Origin: an uncultured Desulfarculus sp.
GTDB lineage: Bacteria; Desulfobacterota; Desulfarculia; Desulfarculales; Desulfarculaceae
Assembly: GCA_963665125.2 (NCBI GenBank)
Contig: CAXXUK010000001.1
Span: 2,688,001-2,752,000 of the forward strand
Length of the DNA: 64,000 bases
Reading direction: 5' to 3'
Every line of letters begins with the position of its first letter. Position 1 is the first letter of the stretch. This document shows positions 60,050 to 64,000 of this stretch, one piece after another. The notes beneath the pieces are model-generated. The model did not search any database, had not been told where the DNA came from, and saw only the letters and a list, made by a program, of their open reading frames with translations. The position numbers and the translations under genes were made by a program.

Positions 60050-60499
60050 ATGCAGTTGCAAGGAAGAATCACCGTTGGCCGCTTGATCGCCATACTCCAC
60101 AGGATGGCCAACATGTATCTAAGCAAGGAACTCAAAGACCTCAGCATCGGTGCGGGCCAGTACATCTTCCTGGCCGAGCTCTTCGATCAGGAGGGCCAGA
60201 GCCAGGACGAGTTGACCAAAAAGATTTTCGTGGACAAGGCCAACTCGGCCAGGGCCCTTGGAAAGCTTGAAGACGCGGGGTATGTGCGCAGGGTCGGCGA
60301 CGACAAGGACAAACGGATCAAGCGGGCCTTTCTCGAGCCCGCAGCCCGGGAGGTGGAAGAAGATTTTTGGCGGATCGTAACCGGCTGGAGCGACATCCTC
60401 ACCCGTGGCGTGCCAAAGCAGAGGCAAGAACAACTGATCGACGATCTTCGGACCATGCTGGAAAACGCCGGCGAATATCTGTCGAAAAACCAGCCATAG
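60050..60499 (+). CDS. MarR-family transcriptional regulator
   Basis: GQSQDEL...VDKA..ARALGKLEDAGYV.R..D..DKR. Confidence 0.92.
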   Translation: MQLQGRITVGRLIAILHRMANMYLSKELKDLSIGAGQYIFLAELFDQEGQSQDELTKKIFVDKANSARALGKLEDAGYVRRVGDDKDKRIKRAFLEPAAREVEEDFWRIVTGWSDILTRGVPKQRQEQLIDDLRTMLENAGEYLSKNQP

Positions 60500-60518
60500 C
60501 CTAAAAGGAGCAACGATC

Positions 60519-61268
60519 ATGGACGAACATCGCGCAATATTGGCAATCAACGGCAGCCACAGGGCTGAAAAAGGCATTACGGAAATCGCATTAAGGAAAT
60601 TTCTTGAGGGAGTCGGCTCCATTGGCGCTGATTACGAAGTGATTTATCCGTCCAAGATGAAAATAATGCCCTGCGACAGCTGCGGTAAGTGCCTTTTCGA
60701 AACGCCGGGGGAGTGTAAATACCATGATGACATGCAATCGGTTATTGCCAAGATGGATGCGGCCGACCTGCTGATCTTGGCTAGCCCGGTCTATTTCGAC
60801 TCCATGCCCAGCATGATGAAAAAATTGTTTGAACGGCTGCGCTCGACCCTGTCGGCGGATTTTGAATTCAGAAACGGCAGGACATATCACGCCAAGATCC
60901 ACCCCAAGCAGCACAACAAGGCCGTCACCATATTTACGGCCGGCAACCCCGAAGACGAATCCTTTGTTTCCATCAGCAGGACATTCAACCGGATCGTTGA
61001 CAACATGGGCGGCCGGTTGGCCGCGGAATTCAGGTTTCCGGCGTCCCATCTGTTTGTTACCCATCCCGAACTCCTGACCGGCCAATTAGATGCCCTGGGC
61101 GCGGCGGGCAAGGAGTTGGCCGCAACAGGCCGGATCAGTGAAAACGTATTTAAAAACGCCAACAGAGCCTACTTCGACGATCCGGAGGCTGTTGTGCGGG
61201 GGACAACAAGGATGATCCTGGAGATGAGGCAAAAGCATCTCAAGGAAAAGGCCGGGCACTCCGCCTAA
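60519..61268 (+). CDS. Flavodoxin-family / iron-sulfur flavoprotein (NADPH-dependent FMN reductase fold)
   Basis: INGSHR, CDSCGKC...C..HDDM, LASPVYF. Confidence 0.85.
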   Translation: MDEHRAILAINGSHRAEKGITEIALRKFLEGVGSIGADYEVIYPSKMKIMPCDSCGKCLFETPGECKYHDDMQSVIAKMDAADLLILASPVYFDSMPSMMKKLFERLRSTLSADFEFRNGRTYHAKIHPKQHNKAVTIFTAGNPEDESFVSISRTFNRIVDNMGGRLAAEFRFPASHLFVTHPELLTGQLDALGAAGKELAATGRISENVFKNANRAYFDDPEAVVRGTTRMILEMRQKHLKEKAGHSA

Positions 61269-61344
61269 CTGCTGTTGACAAGCGCTGCAATACAAGCGGG
61301 TTGCCCCCCGGACCGGCCTGTAATTCCGTGGTCAGACATCCAAC

Positions 61345-61386
61345 GGGCGTCTTTGGTAGCTACAAGCTAGCCATGGGCGCCCTTTT
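61345..61386 (+). terminator. Hairpin plus T tract after the marR-flavoprotein unit
   Basis: GGGCGTC...GGGCGCCC stem with inner TAGC/GCTA pairing, followed by TTTT. Confidence 0.45.
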
Positions 61387-61463
61387 CCTGCTACAGTTGA
61401 CCGACCGTTCACTCGTCCGTTTTCAGCGGTCTTTCCAACAACCTCGGCAAGGAGGCGTTTACG

Positions 61464-62189
61464 ATGCAGCAATACCTGGACATTGCCAACAGTCCGGGCA
61501 TGTGGATCGCCTGTTCGGTGATCATCGTGGTCGTGCTGTTCCAGTCCATACGTATCACCACCATTGCCTTTCGTTCGGGCAAGGCCATCGGCATGACCAA
61601 GGCCCAGATGCTCCAGGCCTTCCGCACGGGCATCACCACGGCAATCGTGCCGTCCATAGCCATCCTGCTGGGGCTCATCGCCCTGATTCCGGCCCTGGGC
61701 GTGCCGTTCCCCTGGATGCGCCTGGCCGTCCTGGGCTCGGTGCAATATGAACTCCTGGCCGCGGGCGTTGCGGCCAGGGAAATGGGCTTCGGCGAACTGA
61801 GCAGCGCCACGCTGACCGGCGAGGCCTTTGCCTGCGCCGTGTGGGTCATGAGCCTGGGCATCATTTTCGGCCTTTTGTTCGTGGCCTTTTTCACGCCCAA
61901 AATCGACAAGCTCAAGCACAAGATCGCCGGCGGCGACGACAAGTGGATGGCCGTCCTCACCGGCGCGGCCTTTTTCGGCGCGGTGGCCTATCTGGTGGCC
62001 GTGCCCGTGGTCCAGGGAGGCTCTGCCCTGGTGGCCCTGTTGGGCGGCTTCTTCTCCATGATCATCCTTGGTGCCGTGGTGCAGCTGTTGAAGCAGGCCT
62101 GGCTCAAGGAATGGGTCCTGGCCCTGTCGATCATCGGCGGCATGACCGCCACCGGCCTAGCCTACCATTATCTCGGGATCGGAGGTTAG
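61464..62189 (+). CDS. DUF5058-like membrane protein
   Basis: ANS..MW, GKAIGM, VPSIAI, LG.PFPWMRL.VLGS..YE; AAGGAGG RBS. Confidence 0.75.
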   Translation: MQQYLDIANSPGMWIACSVIIVVVLFQSIRITTIAFRSGKAIGMTKAQMLQAFRTGITTAIVPSIAILLGLIALIPALGVPFPWMRLAVLGSVQYELLAAGVAAREMGFGELSSATLTGEAFACAVWVMSLGIIFGLLFVAFFTPKIDKLKHKIAGGDDKWMAVLTGAAFFGAVAYLVAVPVVQGGSALVALLGGFFSMIILGAVVQLLKQAWLKEWVLALSIIGGMTATGLAYHYLGIGG

Positions 62190-62191
62190 AC

Positions 62192-62887
62192 ATGGACAAC
62201 AAGCAGGCTGTCTTTGAAAAAACCTTTCTGACACCCGTGGGCAAGACCGGCAAATGGACCGTTTTGGCCGCCGTGTTTTGCTTGTTCATTCCGGGGGCCT
62301 ATCTACATTTCTGGCACGACCTGTTCCCGCCCCTGGCCATTCTGGCCAAGGCCATGATCGCCATTTGGTCTTTTTCGGCCATTATCATGATCATCGAGCC
62401 CATCGTCTATTACCCGATCCTGGGCTTCGGCGGCACCTATATGGGCTTTTTGGTGGGCAACATCCTAAACCTGCGGGTGCCCGTTTCGGCCACGGCCCAG
62501 CAGGTGGTGGGCACCAAGGAAGGCTCCCCCGAGGCCGAGATCGTCTCGACCCTGGCCATCGCCGGGTCCATCATCGCCAACGAGGCCGTGCTGATCATCG
62601 GCATCCTGGCCTTTTTACCGACCATCGGCCAGATCCAGCAAACCGGCGGGGCCATGTCCGTGGCCCTGGCCCAGGTTCTGCCGGCCCTGTTCGGCGCTTT
62701 GGGCGGCGTGTTTCTGTTCAAGGTGCCCAAGCTGGCCGCCACGCCTCTGGCCATTGGCTTTATCCTGGCCATCATCAGCGACAGCTTACCCCTGGCGGCG
62801 GTGATCCCTCCCATGGTTATAATAAGTATATTGGCGGCCCGGTTTCTTTATAAAAAGGGCTGGGTTAGCGGCAACAGCATGATGTAG
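62192..62887 (+). CDS. Hypothetical multi-pass membrane protein
   Basis: GGAGG RBS, start MDNKQ; EPIVYYPILG.GGTYMGFL.GNILNLRVP..., LPALFG. Confidence 0.8.
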   Translation: MDNKQAVFEKTFLTPVGKTGKWTVLAAVFCLFIPGAYLHFWHDLFPPLAILAKAMIAIWSFSAIIMIIEPIVYYPILGFGGTYMGFLVGNILNLRVPVSATAQQVVGTKEGSPEAEIVSTLAIAGSIIANEAVLIIGILAFLPTIGQIQQTGGAMSVALAQVLPALFGALGGVFLFKVPKLAATPLAIGFILAIISDSLPLAAVIPPMVIISILAARFLYKKGWVSGNSMM

Positions 62888-62922
62888 CGCCCGGCCCGTC
62901 GGCGGCCGGGGGAGTGTAATTT

Positions 62923-64000
62923 ATGAAGATGAAAAAAACCATGGCCAAGATCGAGGGGCTCCAAGACTACTTGGTGGATATGCTCTCAAAGATCATCGCG
63001 GTGGACACCTCGGTGCCGCCGGGCCTCAACTATGACAAACTCATCGATATAGTGGAGCCCGAATTTCAGGCCCTGGGCTTTGAGACCAAAAGGGTGGTCA
63101 TGCCCCCGGAGTTGGTGGAGCAGATCCCCGAAACGCTTGAAGGTCGGCGGGTCAACCTGGTGGCCAGCCTGAAAAACGGCAAGCCAAAGGTTTCGCTTTA
63201 CGCCCACATGGATGTCGTGCCGGCCGAAAGCGACTGGACCATGGACCCGTTCACGCCTGTGGTCAAGGACGGCAAGCTCTACGGCCGGGGCGCTGTGGAC
63301 ATGAAATACGCCATCGCCTGCATGCTGGCCGCGGCCAAGGCCATCAAGGAACTGGGTCTGGAGCCTAACTACGAGATGGATTGCCTGCTGTGCACCGACG
63401 AGGAAGTGGGCGTCTACCCCGGCGCCCGCTACCTGGCCGAAAAGGGGTATTTCAGCCCCCACATGATGTGGCTGGAGCTTGGCGCCCTGGAGCCGATTTT
63501 CCTGCTGGGCACGGCCGGGGCCGCCCGCATCGACATCACCGGCATTGGCAAGAGCTGCCACTCGGGCTCCAACTACCTGGGCATCAACGCCTTCGAGGAA
63601 ATGATGCCAATTGTGGCCGAGCTTCTTGCCCTGCGCGACGAGGTCCAGGCCCGGCGCTCCGACATTCCCGCCTTCCCCCTGCCGGATATCCCGGCCGAGG
63701 TGATGACCCCGATGTTTTCGATGACCGTGATGCGCTCGGGCAACAAGGACAACATGGTGCCCGGCGAGGCCAAGCTGACCATCAACCGCCGCTACCTGCC
63801 CGAGGAAAACTACGAAGACGTGGTCGAGGAAATCCGCCAGGCCGTGGAGCGTGGCAAGGCCAAGAGCAAACTGCTGGACGTCAAGTTCCGGGCGGCCAAC
63901 GCATTTTATCCCGTGGCCATAGACAAAAGCAGCCCGGCAGCCCAAAAGCAACGCCAGGCCCTCAAGGACGTGCTGGGCTATGACGGGCTCATCGAGGGCG
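62923..64000 (+). CDS. M20 family metallopeptidase/deacylase (ArgE/DapE-like); 3' end runs off the window
   Basis: Manual translation: MKMKKTMAK...DTSVPPG...AHMDVVP...GKLYGRGAVDMK...DEEVG...GKSCHSG. Confidence 0.9.
   Translation, partial: MKMKKTMAKIEGLQDYLVDMLSKIIAVDTSVPPGLNYDKLIDIVEPEFQALGFETKRVVMPPELVEQIPETLEGRRVNLVASLKNGKPKVSLYAHMDVVPAESDWTMDPFTPVVKDGKLYGRGAVDMKYAIACMLAAAKAIKELGLEPNYEMDCLLCTDEEVGVYPGARYLAEKGYFSPHMMWLELGALEPIFLLGTAGAARIDITGIGKSCHSGSNYLGINAFEEMMPIVAELLALRDEVQARRSDIPAFPLPDIPAEVMTPMFSMTVMRSGNKDNMVPGEAKLTINRRYLPEENYEDVVEEIRQAVERGKAKSKLLDVKFRAANAFYPVAIDKSSPAAQKQRQALKDVLGYDGLIEG

Overview
GC-rich bacterial chromosomal segment; gene content suggests an anaerobic deltaproteobacterium (Desulfobacterota-like; inference). 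Housekeeping blocks: cytochrome c maturation system II (ccsB/ccsA), a waaA-hypothetical-carA-carB-purF-kdsD operon, a Liv-type ABC transporter with two binding proteins, namZ, the ffh-rpsP-khpA-rimM-trmD-rplS-rnhB-yraN-rsmI-ptsH-ptsI-smpB cluster, mnmA-rrf2-DUF39-NIL/ferredoxin, and recN. No rRNA, tRNA, CRISPR array or transposase was recognised. The most notable items are: (1) a TetR-controlled acyl-CoA catabolic operon (15583-24151) with two identical palindromic operators, a domain-permuted MFE-2-like enzyme (MaoC-SDR-SCP2) and a four-domain fusion (Cys-less HMG-CoA-synthase-like/DUF35/SDR/SCP2) next to a thiolase; (2) a stand-alone ~155-nt candidate sRNA with its own sigma70 promoter, terminator and anti-Shine-Dalgarno tracts (36276-36429); (3) two multi-hairpin intergenic elements with GGA loops (2469-2630 and 59682-59878), the second flanked by ~68-bp direct repeats that duplicate the recN 3' end. 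All calls come from reading motifs by eye; no database searches were run.
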